Below are positions 11,663-24,144 of a DNA stretch of 64,000 nucleotides, one piece after another; position 1 is the stretch's first letter; the number at the start of each line of letters is the position of its first letter. Position numbers and translations under genes: made by a program. The notes beneath the pieces are model-generated. The model ran no database searches and was not told the DNA's origin. It saw only the letters and a program-made list of their open reading frames with translations. Origin of the DNA: Octopus sinensis (lineage: Eukaryota); contig NW_021833035.1 in the NCBI RefSeq assembly GCF_006345805.1, positions 23,479 to 87,478 on the forward strand. Reading direction: 5' to 3'.

Positions 11663-13648
11663 GTGTGTGTGTGTGTGTGTGTGCGTGTGTGAGTGTGTAT
11701 GTTCCTCATGCATTCAAAAACTGACTTCCCATTTTGATGTATGTGGTATCAAAAGATTCAGTAATCTTTCGGCTACCAAATAAACTTTATTTTCATTTAC
11801 ATATTCGCATGACAAAAATTTATCATTATAATTTTTTTTTGTCGCCTATCTTAAACTGTATTTTGTACCACCTCGCAACGGCGACGACGTTACATTTTCT
11901 GTATACTTTTGTTTACGCTTTCGTTACGTTCGTTAGGCCGATGACCGAGAAATATATGTGTATGACGGTGTATGGATCTGTCAATACACGTACATTTTTG
12001 TTACGGCTAACACACACATACACACATCTAAAGACAGAGACAGACACATAGAGAGACAGAGATAGTCCTGAGATGTTCGTGAATGTATGCCTGTGTGTGT
12101 CTTAGTATATTATGTGACCGTACCGCCCAACAGTGAAAGGCACCGATTTTGAAAGAGTTTAGTTTAGTTGCGGCCTGGTCGTTGAACGAACAACATCGTT
12201 TACTTTAAAGTACCACTGTTTGAATTTTCCTTTTCATCATGGAGATTTGCGGTTTAAACAGCATTGACGATTATCACTACCTATGTGCTGAAATATTATT
12301 CTGGCTTTTATTACTAACATGAAGATTTGGCTGATTTGACAGCACTCACAATACTCGCAAATATATCTGAAAAACAAATGTTATTCTGGATATTATAGCA
12401 AATTCGGAAACTAGGCGAATGGAAAGCCTTAGCGACTCTTTCAATATAATTACAAAAATGTTATTCCACTCCTTATAACCAGTTTGAAGATAATGCATTT
12501 TTAACAGTCCTTGCGTCCTTGTAGTATTCCAGCTATGCTATTTTATCACTGTGAGTATTCGACGCCGCACAACCATTTTACTGCTTTAGTCACTTTTTAT
12601 TCTACAGCCTATAACATTACCCAGTTAAAATATATAGTGATGTCAAATTAATTCATGCCTTGCTACATACATCGTTCATCAAATGTTTTAAATTAATTAA
12701 CGTTCACAACAGCAACATATTCCTTTGTTCAGCTTTGTTCAAAATTGTAAAATAATAAATTATTTTTGTATGAAAAATTGAATTATGCTTTCTGAATTTT
12801 CTTAGAGCTTCACTTTCTTCACCGTGACATTGATTCAGTCCTGGATTTTATAACATTTTATACATGTTCCAAATAAATGTTAACTTTCATTACTTTGTTA
12901 CATTGGCGATGCATAGTAACTTTTGGTAAATTGGTAATTTTCCAACGCTAGAATATTTATTTTGGAAATATTACCTAAAAAATTTTTATAGCATAACTAT
13001 GCTACAGGAGGTGCACCCCTAGGTCGGGTTGAACAGTTTTGAGGTCAATTTCGGGCAATATTTTGATTTCCTTCCAATGTTTGACTTTCATCCGGTGTTT
13101 CACGCATACATTGAATTCTATTCAGGCAAACATTTATAAAAATGTACACATAAATATTGTATTAAAATAAGCCACAACCAAAACATTTCGTTAAAATACA
13201 TCCATTTCTCTATATGTTATGAGGAAATACAGTCACTCTCTCTCTCTCACGAACAAAAAAGTTGCATGCATATGTATTTATGTATGTGTATATGAAAGAT
13301 AATGTGTGAGAGAGAGAGTGAGTGCCACTTACAGATACATGAAAAAATTCATACCTTACAACATACCATCATTCATTTACTCTCTCTCTCCCTCACACAC
13401 ACGCACGCGCGCGCGTCCATACATCTTTCACTTTCTCTTCTCTTTCAATTTATGCTCTCTTCAAGGTATAAAGCAATAAAAAATATTTTACCGAAACTAA
13501 TGAGCAATCATATGATCTCATATAATCGACCGTATGACCGAGTTGACAACTTTGCTACTTCAAACAAAAGAATGCCATAAAATAACTTCCTTTGGCATAC
13601 ACATGCACACATACACACATATATGCTCACACATGCACACATACATAC

Positions 13649-13700
<52 letters not shown>

Positions 13701-14930
13701 CACACACACACACACACACGGTAAAACTTCTGCACGGATTATGTTATTTCTTGCTGTGTGCACGCGCAAATTTACAGCTCAAAAATCCAATTGAAATGAT
13801 CTTTTTCTATTCTGTAATCTGTGTCTGTGATGGGTATATTTAAAAACCTGATCTTCGATAAAAACTTACAAAGGAACTTTCCCCGAAAATCCTGCCCTTT
13901 ACCTCATGTTTCTAGCATGTCCGAGGTGTCATTTGCGCCCTGCACCCTTGTTTTTTTTTCCTAAATTTCTTCCCATTCCTATGTTTTCGATACAGGAGAT
14001 TAGGACTTCACCCACAAAACACGTTCTCAATATTTTAATTTTCTCCCTTCCCACCCCAAATTCTTCATTTCTTTAAACTTTTTCTAAATTCTTTTCTTGG
14101 TAATCCATGAAAAAAAACAGAGATTACGAATCTAAGAATTTTCTTCTTCCTTCTTTCTTAAAGAAACACTAAAATTTTCCCGAACAGCCATCCATCACCT
14201 CACCACTTTCAAAATTCTACAAACTCCCTATGTTTCACTTTTAGCTTTTTGGAAAGCGAGGAATATTCTTCAAAAATAATGTTGTTTACCTGTTGTTTCT
14301 AGCATGCTGGGTTTTCTGGTGGTGTCTGGTATATTTTATGTCTGCTGTTTCAGTGCATTTCTACGTATGCGTGAAACATCAGACGAAAGTGAAACACTGG
14401 GTAATTTCAGCTTTTTGAAAGCGGGTAGGTGATGGGTGGGCGTGGTGGGGGAAGGAGCACTGAGTGTTTCTTTATGAAAATTAAACTTTAAAAATATATT
14501 TCCCAGATTTGTAATCTCTGTATTTTACTACGTGGATAAAAAAACAAAAATTCGAAAGAAAGTTACGAATTAAGAAATTGCAATGGGGACGGTGGGTGTT
14601 GCAGATTAAAATTTTACAAACATGATTTCTGGGCAAAATCATATTAACCCTCTTTTATACGTAGAAGCAATATATAGTTTGTGATCCTTCTTAAGGACAG
14701 AAAGCACTTTCATACACCCTCCCCCTTCACTTTAAACAAAAAATAACTTTCATTACGCTAGTCATCCAGTTCACTGTATATCAGCTGTACCGATTCTGCC
14801 TATAAGAAAGGAACAAATAATACATCGTTCATAGCAGCCGTGCAATGCCGGCATGCATTGGTAGTGATTAATATATTGTTTTTAGTTATTTAAGAATTTA
14901 GCCAGCACGACTACACAGAGACACACATTC

Positions 14931-15032
14931 TATACATACATACATACATACATACATACATACATACATTCATACATACATACATTCATACATACATACA
15001 TACATTCATACATACATACATACATACATACA

Positions 15033-15063
<31 letters not shown>

Positions 15064-15132
15064 GTACATATGTACATACATACGTACATACATACATACA
15101 TACATACATACATACATACATACATACATACA

Positions 15133-15163
<31 letters not shown>

Positions 15164-15196
15164 GTACATATGTACATACATACATACGTACATACA

Positions 15197-15227
<31 letters not shown>

Positions 15228-15326
15228 GTACATACATATATACATACATACATACATACGTACATACATACATATGTACATATGTACATACATACATACG
15301 TACATACATACATACATACATACATA
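14931..15326. repeat. (CATA)n microsatellite, about 400 bp
   Basis: Read directly; many other (CATA)n, (TA)n, (CA)n and (GA)n tracts occur across the window. Confidence 0.95.
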
Positions 15327-15330
15327 CGTG

Positions 15331-16815
15331 AGAGGGGATCCCCAAAAGTAACCAGAAACGGTCTCTGTGGGGCAAGCCAGTTGTAGTTCAGTCTTTCGCT
15401 GCTAGAAGGCACTTGATGCGACGCTTAGGCACCAGTCTGCGACCAGCGGCGTTGGATTAAGTAGTAATGTCACGTGGTCTGTCTTTGTTTTGCAGTGTTT
15501 CTTCCCTGTTCGTCGATATTTGCGATGGCTGAAACGAAGGAACAACGTGTTTCTGTGAAATTTTGTTCTTTATTGGGGAAAGCGGCGAGCGAAAGAGTTG
15601 TCATGCTGCAAACAGTTTACAAGGACGCTGTCATGAGCAAATCACAAGTTTACGAGTTGTTTTCACGCTTTAGGAGTGGTCACTTGTCGCTTGAAAATCA
15701 ACCTCGTTCGTGGCGACCATCGACCACCCGAACGAATGAAAACGTCACGAAAATACATGAACTGATCTTAGGGGACCGTCACTGAATGATTGATGAACTT
15801 GTTGATATGACTGATGTTTCTTGGAGATCTTGCCAACGAATTTTGAGCGAGGAATTGCGAATGAAAAGAGTTGCAGCCAAATGTGTGCCTCACTTGCTCA
15901 CGTAAGAATAAAAGTAGTCACGACTAAATGGGTATCGTGAACTGAAACAACTGTTGGATGGTGATCCGGACCTTTTTTCGAAGGTCATTACTGGTGGTGA
16001 AAGCTGGTGCTACGAATACAACCCGGATACGAAGCAGCAATCAAGTCAATTGAAGCATTCAATGTCACCACGCTCCCCAAAGTGCATCAAGTGAAGTCCA
16101 GTGTCAAGATGATGCTGACTTGTTTCTTCGATGAGAAAGGAATTGTCCACACAGAATTTGTTCCTCCAGGTCAAACTATTAACCTAGCATTTTACTTGGA
16201 AGTTCTGAAACGTTTGCGAAATGTGGTGAGACGAAAACGCCCCAACTTGTGGAAAAGAGTGATGGTTTCATCACGACGATGCGCCTGCGCACAAAACCTT
16301 AAGTGTAAGACAGTTTTTGACCGAATTGACGTGGTGATATTGAATGCTTCATTTGACTTGATTGTTGTTTTGTATCCGTGTCGTAGTCGTAGCATTAGCT
16401 TTCATCACCAGTGATGGCCTCCGAAAAAAGTCCGGATCACCAGCCAACAGTTTGTTTCTGTTCAGGATACGCTTTCAGTCGTGACTGCTTTTATTCTTCC
16501 GTGAGCAAGTGAGACACAAATTTTGCTACAACGCTATTCATTCGCAATTCCTCACTCAAAATTCTTGTCCTGTCCACCCCGAATGCAAAGCGTCCTTAGA
16601 GGAAAACGTTTTACAGATGTGAAAGAGATGAAGAAAAGAAAAACGACGGAGGCGTTAAAAGGAGTTTAAAGATTGCTTTGAACAGTGGAAAACGCGTCTG
16701 GACCGATGCATTGCTTCAAATGGAGAATACTTTGAAGGCGATAAAAGTGTAAACATGTAAATCGAAGTGAATAAAATAATATTGCAAAATTCCGGTTTCT
16801 TTTGGGTACCCCTGG
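15331..16815 (+). mobile_element. Mariner transposon, decayed, with an internal inverted duplication
   Basis: TIRs gaggggatccccaaaagtaaccagaa / ttccggtttcttttgggtacccctgg. Transposase motifs EQRVSVKFC..LGK, VITGGESWCY.YNPDTKQQS, KMMLTCFFDEKGIVH.EF, C terminus RCIASNGEYFEG. Confidence 0.9.
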
Positions 16816-16855
16816 GAAGGCATACATACATACATACACACACATGTATGTATGT

Positions 16856-16893
<38 letters not shown>

Positions 16894-17147
16894 ATATATA
16901 TTATATATATATATATAATATATATATATATATACATATATATATTAAATTAGAGATAAAACCACCATTAGGCAAATCTAATTTAATATAAATATATATA
17001 TTGTTATATTTCGGAATGGTCATTTCACTAAATAAACATAGACTCATATAGAGATATAAGCATACGCAAATGAAGACACATACAATAGAAATACAAAATG
17101 GCGGACGGTTAGTAAGGAGAGACACAATTAAGAAAGAAAAAAGCAAA

Positions 17148-17192
17148 GGACCACTGATGCAGTCACAGGAGTGTGACGAAAGAACTCTGGCC
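17148..17192 (+). ncRNA. Minimal type I hammerhead-like motif (variant core)
   Basis: GGACCA-CTGATGCA-GTCAC(agga/gt)GTGAC-GAAA-GAAC-TC-TGGCC, inside 29-bp inverted repeats (16996-17024 / 17288-17316) flanked by (TA)n. Confidence 0.5.
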
Positions 17193-17441
17193 GAAATAAG
17201 ATTAAAATTAATGTAAAAAATAAATAACACTGAAGCAAAATAACACCAAATATATAGTGCGTGTGTTTTTATTGGCTAAACTGGCAGAATGACCATTCCG
17301 AAATATAACAATATATGTTTCAACACACGACTTCACATAAAAAATCTTGCACAACAAATATAAATATATATATTTATACTGTAAAATTGGATTTAATCCT
17401 AGATCTAATTTTTCCCTGTAAGTTTGGATTTACTCCCTAAT

Positions 17442-17472
<31 letters not shown>

Positions 17473-17487
17473 TTTTTATTATTATTT

Positions 17488-17527
<40 letters not shown>

Positions 17528-17863
17528 TAATATATATATATATATATAATATATATATATATATATGTATGTATGTATATGTATATATGTATGTATGTAT
17601 ATATATATAATGAGGGTGATAAATTGAATATTAATTTAATTAATATTAATTTAAAACCAGTAACCTAGCATATAGAAAAATCTGAAAATTCAGAAAAATT
17701 GTAATACATGCGCATAATAAGGATGACCACTAAGTGGGCATCCAATATGCTAGAAGATCACCTACGATCTAACTACAAAGAAAAGAATGTTCTCTAGAGA
17801 AATTCAGCAAACACCAGAACATTAGCGGGTAAGACAGATGAAAATATACAAAATACAGAATTA

Positions 17864-17932
17864 ATCGTTGACCGATTTCGTCATCAACGATTTTACTTAT
17901 GTAATCATCGTTCGTGGACTCTTCAGTACGAT
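17864..17932 (-). ncRNA. Type I hammerhead ribozyme motif
   Basis: Minus strand: ATCGTA-CTGAAGA-GTC...AACGAT...ATCGTT..GAC-GAAA-TCGG-TC-AACGAT. Confidence 0.7.
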
Positions 17933-18053
17933 CGTTCCAATTCAATATAATTTGTAGAACTATACACTAGTTGTCCTTATAAAATTATACGTTGTCCTTA
18001 TAAAATTAAACATTACAAATCGTATACAATATTATTATTGGGAAAAATTCGAA

Positions 18054-18109
18054 GTCTTACAGCTGTTTCTGGGATATCTCCGAGTATGGGATATTCTATC
18101 ATCAGAGAC
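18054..18109 (-). ncRNA. Type I hammerhead motif in the left arm of an inverted pLTR-like pair (18015-18331)
   Basis: Minus strand: GTCT-CTGATGA-[..ATATC..GATAT..]-GAAA-CAGCTG-TA-AGAC. A degenerate mirror copy lies on + at 18232-18299 (core CTGATGT). Confidence 0.65.
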
Positions 18110-18439
18110 AAATAGGGAAAAATAGGGAAAATGAAAATGGAATATATTAATGAGATGAAGTCATAGAGGAAGGGAGTAAAGGAATAAGGAGATGGAGAGG
18201 GAAAAGAAGAAAGAAGCATAAAAGTTCATTGTTCAACTTTCTGATGTTATAGAAAAAGAGCATACTCGGGGATATCCCAGAAACAGCTGTAAGACTGAAT
18301 TTTTTCCAATAATAATATTGTATACGACTTGAAATTTTTGCCTTGCCTTAATGTTTGTTGTCCGCTTTAACAAGCGCGTTGTTTATTTGTGTGTGTTTGA
18401 GTATGTGTGTGTGTGTCTTTATGTATCTTTCCCCCACCC

Positions 18440-18570
18440 CATCACCGCTTGAAACCAATGTTGATGCGTCATCGTAACTTAGCAGTTCGACAAAAGCGAC
18501 CCGATAGAATAAGCTCTAGACTTACTAATGATAAGTCCTGGGGTCGATTGCTTAGACTAAAATCCTTTAA
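18440..18570 (+). mobile_element. SINE fragment interrupted by piggyBac
   Basis: cgtaacttagcagttcg.caaaag.gaccgatagaataag...taagtcctggggtcgatt; a related fragment lies at 49195-49300. Confidence 0.55.
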
Positions 18571-19858
18571 CCCTTGGTCTACCCAATATTTTTCTTTTAG
18601 TTAAATTTTATTTAAATTACCTCTATTTCTTAGCTATATTATATATGCCATCAGGCGAATAAAGAATTACTGTTTCACAGAAATTTTAATTAAAAAAATA
18701 CAGCTTACAGAATATATTATAAATTTTTAAGAATTACAAAAATACAGAATTACAGCTCTTCATGGCAGTGAATGCAGACAACATTTGAATGTTCTTGACA
18801 AACATGGATATTACAATTCTTACATGTAATACGAAACTTCCCGTCTTTTGTGGGGACCACACAAAGAACATCTTCCTTTTTTCTTTGGTTGAGAAATCTC
18901 AAATGAGGTTGAATATCATCTTCTTTTTCTGTTTGGTTGAGAAACAGAACTAGAAGATTGTTTGTCGTGTTCTTGTTGAGCATTAACTCCAGCAAGTTCC
19001 TTTCCTAACTGAATTAGGCACTGTCTTCTTCTATCCTCGAAACTTTGCAAGTGAAGCTGTTAACAATAATGTAAGCATTCACTGCCCTTATATCAATCAT
19101 ATTGTAGAATATAACCATAGGCCATCTTTGACTTTTTCTTTTGCAAGTGTATATCATTACCATCTTATCTAGGGTATTTGCTCCTCCTTTTGTTTTGTTG
19201 TAACGTGTAATAACTTCAAGTTTCTTCTCAGCACTTTTTGAATCAATTGAATGCTGGGAGTCATTGTACTCATAAGTGTGACAACATAATTTTTCTTGGG
19301 ACAATAAGATAGAATCATAGAATCCTTTTGAAATCCAAATACTGTGCTGTTGATTTCTCTTTCTTTGCCATTTGTGAAACCACTTGGAAGTTCAACCCTG
19401 TTCTTTCTAATTGTTCCAGCTAAAGTAGTTTTCTTGCTAAGCAGCTTTCAAGCCAATCCTAGACTTGTAAAAAAATTATCACAAGTTATATTGCGACCAG
19501 TATGTTCAAGTTCCTAGGTCTTCAACAACTCTTGAACCTTGATTTGTCTCTCTACTTTTTACTGGGTCTTTTCCAGTGTAGATTTGCATTTTCCAGGCAT
19601 AAGACGTTTCACTGTCGCATATTGCCCAAATTTTAATTCCATATTTCCCTGGTGTTGAAATAATATATACCCGGAATGGGCAGCGCCTTCTGAATGAAAC
19701 TAATTGTTCATCAACTGTCATGCATGAACTTGGAGTATATCTATCTTGCAAATTCTGATTCCACATTTCAAATACTTCTCTTATGGGTTCCAATTTATCA
19801 TCACTTCTCTTTTATCTTCTTTGCACTAGCATCCTCAAAACGCAATACTTGTAAAATC
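18571..19858 (-). mobile_element. piggyBac (PGBD4-like) transposon, 5'-truncated and decayed
   Basis: TTAA|CCC terminus at 18567-18573. Motifs TVDEQLVSFRRRCPFRVYI..PGKYGIKIW, GRNITCDNFFTS, GTIRKNR, YNKTKGG..TLD, RWPMVIFYNMID and a C-terminal Cys-rich CKNC...C.EH. Confidence 0.92.
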
Positions 19859-20170
19859 TGGTTTGTTCTTAGTAAATAATGCAAAAATAGAAGACGCCGG
19901 TTGCATATTGATATTCCTTATCATTATGTGTGTGATAAAGGGATGACTGTTTGGAAACTACACGAGAGATGAGAAGAGAAAATTACTTCAAGACTTTAGT
20001 TTCTAAGTCCAAAGAAAGAAGAAATATTTTATCTGAGATTGTTATTGTTACATGTTGAAGAAGCTCGTATTTTTTTTTGTTTTTTTTGGTGGTCTTAAAA
20101 TAGTTAATTGTGTGCGATGATCTTGAAACAGTTGACGGTGTACGATGTAAGTTATGATGAGAAAGCTGTT
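19859..20170 (+). mobile_element. Helitron RepHel fragment (duplicate of 33713-33985)
   Basis: DIPYHYVCDK...IFYLRLLLLHVEEA...DDLETVDGV. Confidence 0.7.
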
Positions 20171-20817
20171 AATTTTCATTTAGCACAAATTACAATAAAC
20201 TTTATATAAGGCTGGGACCCTAATTATTCGGAATATTTTTGATTGTTTTTAAATGAAAAACTGCCAAGCCTTTACATAAGAAATTTATCAATGGTCTTTT
20301 TCCGTTGTTTTGATAAAATTATTTTTCACAACTTGTGTATAGTAATCCATACATGCATACAACAACACACACATACACGCACAGACACGCGCACATAGAC
20401 ACACATAGACACGCACGCACACACACACAACTATACATATGTATATGTATATATAAATGTATCATTTAGCGTTCTTATGCCATTTCAAGTTGTAAGACAA
20501 TACCTTTTCATCCAGAGTACCTTCGTAAGGTGTATTGAATAGATAAACACTTCAGTTGAGCTATACAATACCAGGTAATAATGATAAATCGATACGAAGA
20601 TCATATAATGATTATACTTCATTAAGAGGATAAATGCAAACAAGTAACATCTCGTTCTTGACAGACATTTCTACCTAGAAAACAGACAGGATGCTGCAGA
20701 GGAATTGTTTTCAAATTATTTGTATGTAAACGATTTATTGTATAATTAATATATGTTTTTAATTACTTAAGGGCTTAGCCATCACCACTATGTGTATATA
20801 TATATATATTATATATA

Positions 20818-20864
<47 letters not shown>

Positions 20865-20902
20865 CATACATACATACATACATACATACATACATACATA
20901 CA

Positions 20903-20935
<33 letters not shown>

Positions 20936-21189
20936 GCCTTATTTATGCATGAATAAATATATCCTTGGATGTATTTCCTTTGAGAGTTTTAATGCAAATT
21001 TCATTTTCTCACATATATATGAATATATTTTGTTTATTTTATTGCATAAGTTAATGTTTAAAGAATGTGTTGTTACATTGTTTCGCTGTGATTCTTTACA
21101 GTATGTAGTGTAAAATATAAACATTTTTCTGGCTGGTGATTATATATGGAATTTTTGCATGCATGGAATGGAACTATTTGAGATGTACG

Positions 21190-21945
21190 ACTAAATTGAA
21201 AGTGTCTTGCGTACGATAAGGGCCGAGTTTATCTGGATCATATTTTGGACTGACAATAACGTCGATATGGCTTTTATGATTTTGTTTATTTTTTTTATCA
21301 TACATTGTTCTTCAATTACTATTGATATTGTTTTCAAATTCATACCTGCTTCCTATTTATTTTCATTTCAAGACTTGAACATTGAGTTTCCACATCTCTC
21401 ACCGGAAATGTTTGGACAAAAAGAAATTGAGATATCAATAAGAGTACAAATATTGTTCTTTCACTTTTTAATAAATTATATTTGTACGTTTTTCTTTTAT
21501 ATCTTTGTCAGTCATTCTCCAGTTGTAAATAACTGGACTTAGCAAGGAATGGATCGCCGGAAAGGATGTGGTCAACTCTTTCATTATATTTTTCGTTGTA
21601 CAGTCTATGTTCCGCATACAGAAGTCAGTCCTAAAAAGTTCTCCAATGTTTTATTTTAAATCGGTGAGTGATTTTTGCACCAAAATTATATTCTATGATC
21701 TGGTTAAGTACATATTAGGCTATATTTCTCCGCGAGTAGTTGGTAAGACTAAAACATGTCTGGAATTAACCCTATCCCAAATTTCAAAAATTAAAAATTC
21801 TTTTTGGTTCACTACATTCACTCTTTATCTCGCTCTTAATGTACGTAATACTTTCACTAAAGTTTCTGAAGTGTCTAGAATTTTCTATTCCAAGAAATAT
21901 TCATGCTTCTTATCTCGTTTGAAACTGATAACATTTCTTTTTCTT
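21190..21945 (-). mobile_element. Ancient R4/Dong LINE 3' fragment
   Basis: Minus strand: ERVDHILSGDPFLAK (decayed CCHC) and CTLIDISIS...SALIVRKTLSI*; paralog at 38985-39720. Confidence 0.65.
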
Positions 21946-22102
21946 TCCTCATCTTCTCCCTTTTCTATTTTTGTTACTATCTTTCATCTCACCCTCACTC
22001 CTCCACTCTCTCTTCTTAATTTTCTCTATCTTTCTATCCCTCTCTCTATCACTCCCTCTCTCTCACTCTCTCTCTCTCATTATTTCAATGAATAACTTTA
22101 TG

Positions 22103-22815
22103 ATTGTCCAAGCAAAAAGTTTTTAAATTTAGTCTCATGGCATTTTCTGGCCAACCATAAATAGCATAGAATATTTAATAGAAGAACGCTTAACGTCATG
22201 TATTCTTATTGCAAGCACTTCGGCTCTCTAACAAGCCAGCATAGCACGAAAATACTAAGCAAAACTAACGGCACCACTGAAGGAAACAGCCGAAAATGTA
22301 ACTTCAAAGACCAAAGCTGCTGTCCTTTAGGGGGAGATTGTCTACTTAAAGGCGTAGTAAACAGAGCCAAATCCCAGATGGACAGCACGGATGAATACAA
22401 GATGTACACAGGCTAGGCAGAGAATTCCTTTAAAACGAGACCTTAGCAACTTATGAATTGATTTAAACATCTAGGAAACAGATCTACGACGAGCCTAGCT
22501 AAACATATATAGCATTTAAAAGGAACAAAGTTTTTATCGTTTGAAATCCATTGGGCTGTCTTGGAAATGATGATGCCCATAACAACAGCAGCAACATTAC
22601 CAACGTGACGACGGAATTCCATACGTAATATCATGGAGAATCCTAGAACACCCAGGCCCCCTCCATAAACGGGACCAAGCATTGTAAACTGTGCATAGCT
22701 GAACCGGTGAGAATACTAAAGGTCTTCCTCGACCCGGGGAACATTCTTTACTCCAGAACAGCGGTCTTCGGAACATGTTAACACTTCAGGATATTCCTGC
22801 AGGCCTATTGCGATC
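22103..22815 (+). mobile_element. Penelope-like element: GIY-YIG endonuclease region (Naiad-like Cys pattern), decayed
   Basis: IFNRRTLNVMYS...KCNFKDQSCCPLGGDCLLKGVV..A...YTG*AENSFKTR...SLAKHI*HLK..IHWAVL...CKLCIAE...C*H. Confidence 0.8.
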
Positions 22816-23494
22816 CACATGACAACAGAGTCATTTACGATTGAGAGCCAAAGGGAGATAACCCCTATTGCTAGAGAGGCTGTGATCCAATAGGTTTGGG
22901 TTTCACGTCCATAAAGCGCTTAGCTTTATGGACGTGAAACCCAAGGTAATCCCATAGACCGGCCTTATCTAACTTTAAATAATATGCTGCTCTATAACTT
23001 AGAGGGTTTTATTTCTGATTTATGTGTTACCTACGATATACATACATGTATATATATTTATATATATATATATAAATACATATATTTATATACATATATA
23101 TACACACACATATATATATCTACACATATGATATTTTTATATAAGCTTAAAGCTTATGGTGATCACTGTATGTCTAATAGTCTAATAAAGCGACAGACAA
23201 AAGGCTTTCTTATTCGCACGGAATTCGAATCCACATCCCTTTGTAAATACGACCAAATGTGTTACCTTTACACTTGCTAATCAGCCTCCCTCTTTCTGTC
23301 AAGTTTAAGTTCGTATTTGTTTTAAGTAATCAAACTTTCTATATGATTTCGGGGCGAATGTTTTTTTTTTATTACGGCGCCATGATAAAACAAAACATTC
23401 GCTCCGAAAGCATATATATATATGCATGTGTGTGTGCGTGTGTGTATGTGTGTGTGTGTTTGTGTGTGTGTATGTATGTATGTATGTATGTATG

Positions 23495-23537
<43 letters not shown>

Positions 23538-23544
23538 TAGATTC

Positions 23545-24046
23545 TGTTACGAACGTCGTAGACACGCAACGTAGTTCTCCAGGCTTGCAGGTATTTGTTT
23601 GTGTAACCGTTTCCCTGCATTATACGATCTAGTTGTGCTTCAAGGGCATCCTATTCGTTCGTCGTCGCCTGCGAGCTTGAAGCAGCCACTGAGTGTATCA
23701 AGAGATGTATCTCTTGATACAGTCAGATGTATCTGTTGATACTCTAAGAATAGCACAGATTATATCGGCAGACAAAATGTCGTCAGCATTGGCGGATGGA
23801 AACGTTGTATCACGGGATTTCATCGTAAATTACGAATCATAAGCAAGAAGTATCCAAGCAGCGAATGTTTGATAGAAAGTCTGTCAAACCGATACAGTTT
23901 AACACTGAGTAAAAATCTTATCCACTTTTGCTGACGAAACTCCCCCACCCGAAATACGCTGTATTTTTTGGCACCTAACGCTTATACGGCATATTTTCTC
24001 AGGACAAAGGCCACAGTCTACGGCGTCTACGGCGTTCTGAACAACA
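23545..24046. mobile_element. MITE-like or solo-LTR-like element with TGT...ACA ends
   Basis: Imperfect terminal inverted repeat tgttacgaacgtcgtagac / gtctacggcgttctgaaca; no clear TSD. Confidence 0.45.
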
Positions 24047-24105
24047 CCTCCTAGAGCAAATTAATACATACATACATACATACATACATACATACATACA
24101 TACAT

Positions 24106-24144
<39 letters not shown>

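Noticed and set aside
12240-12900. Possible ancient transposase (MULE-like EWNN.F) on the minus strand
   Set aside because: Only a few residues match; no continuous frame
13950-14870. Degenerate inverted repeats and a Helitron-like 3' hairpin (gccgtgcaatgccggc...gtagt)
   Set aside because: The terminal CTAG is imperfect and no 5' end can be defined; too decayed to delimit
22103-22815. Selenocysteine recoding, as reported for some Naiad PLEs
   Set aside because: The stops here are mostly TAA/TAG, none replaces a conserved Cys, and the pattern fits ordinary decay
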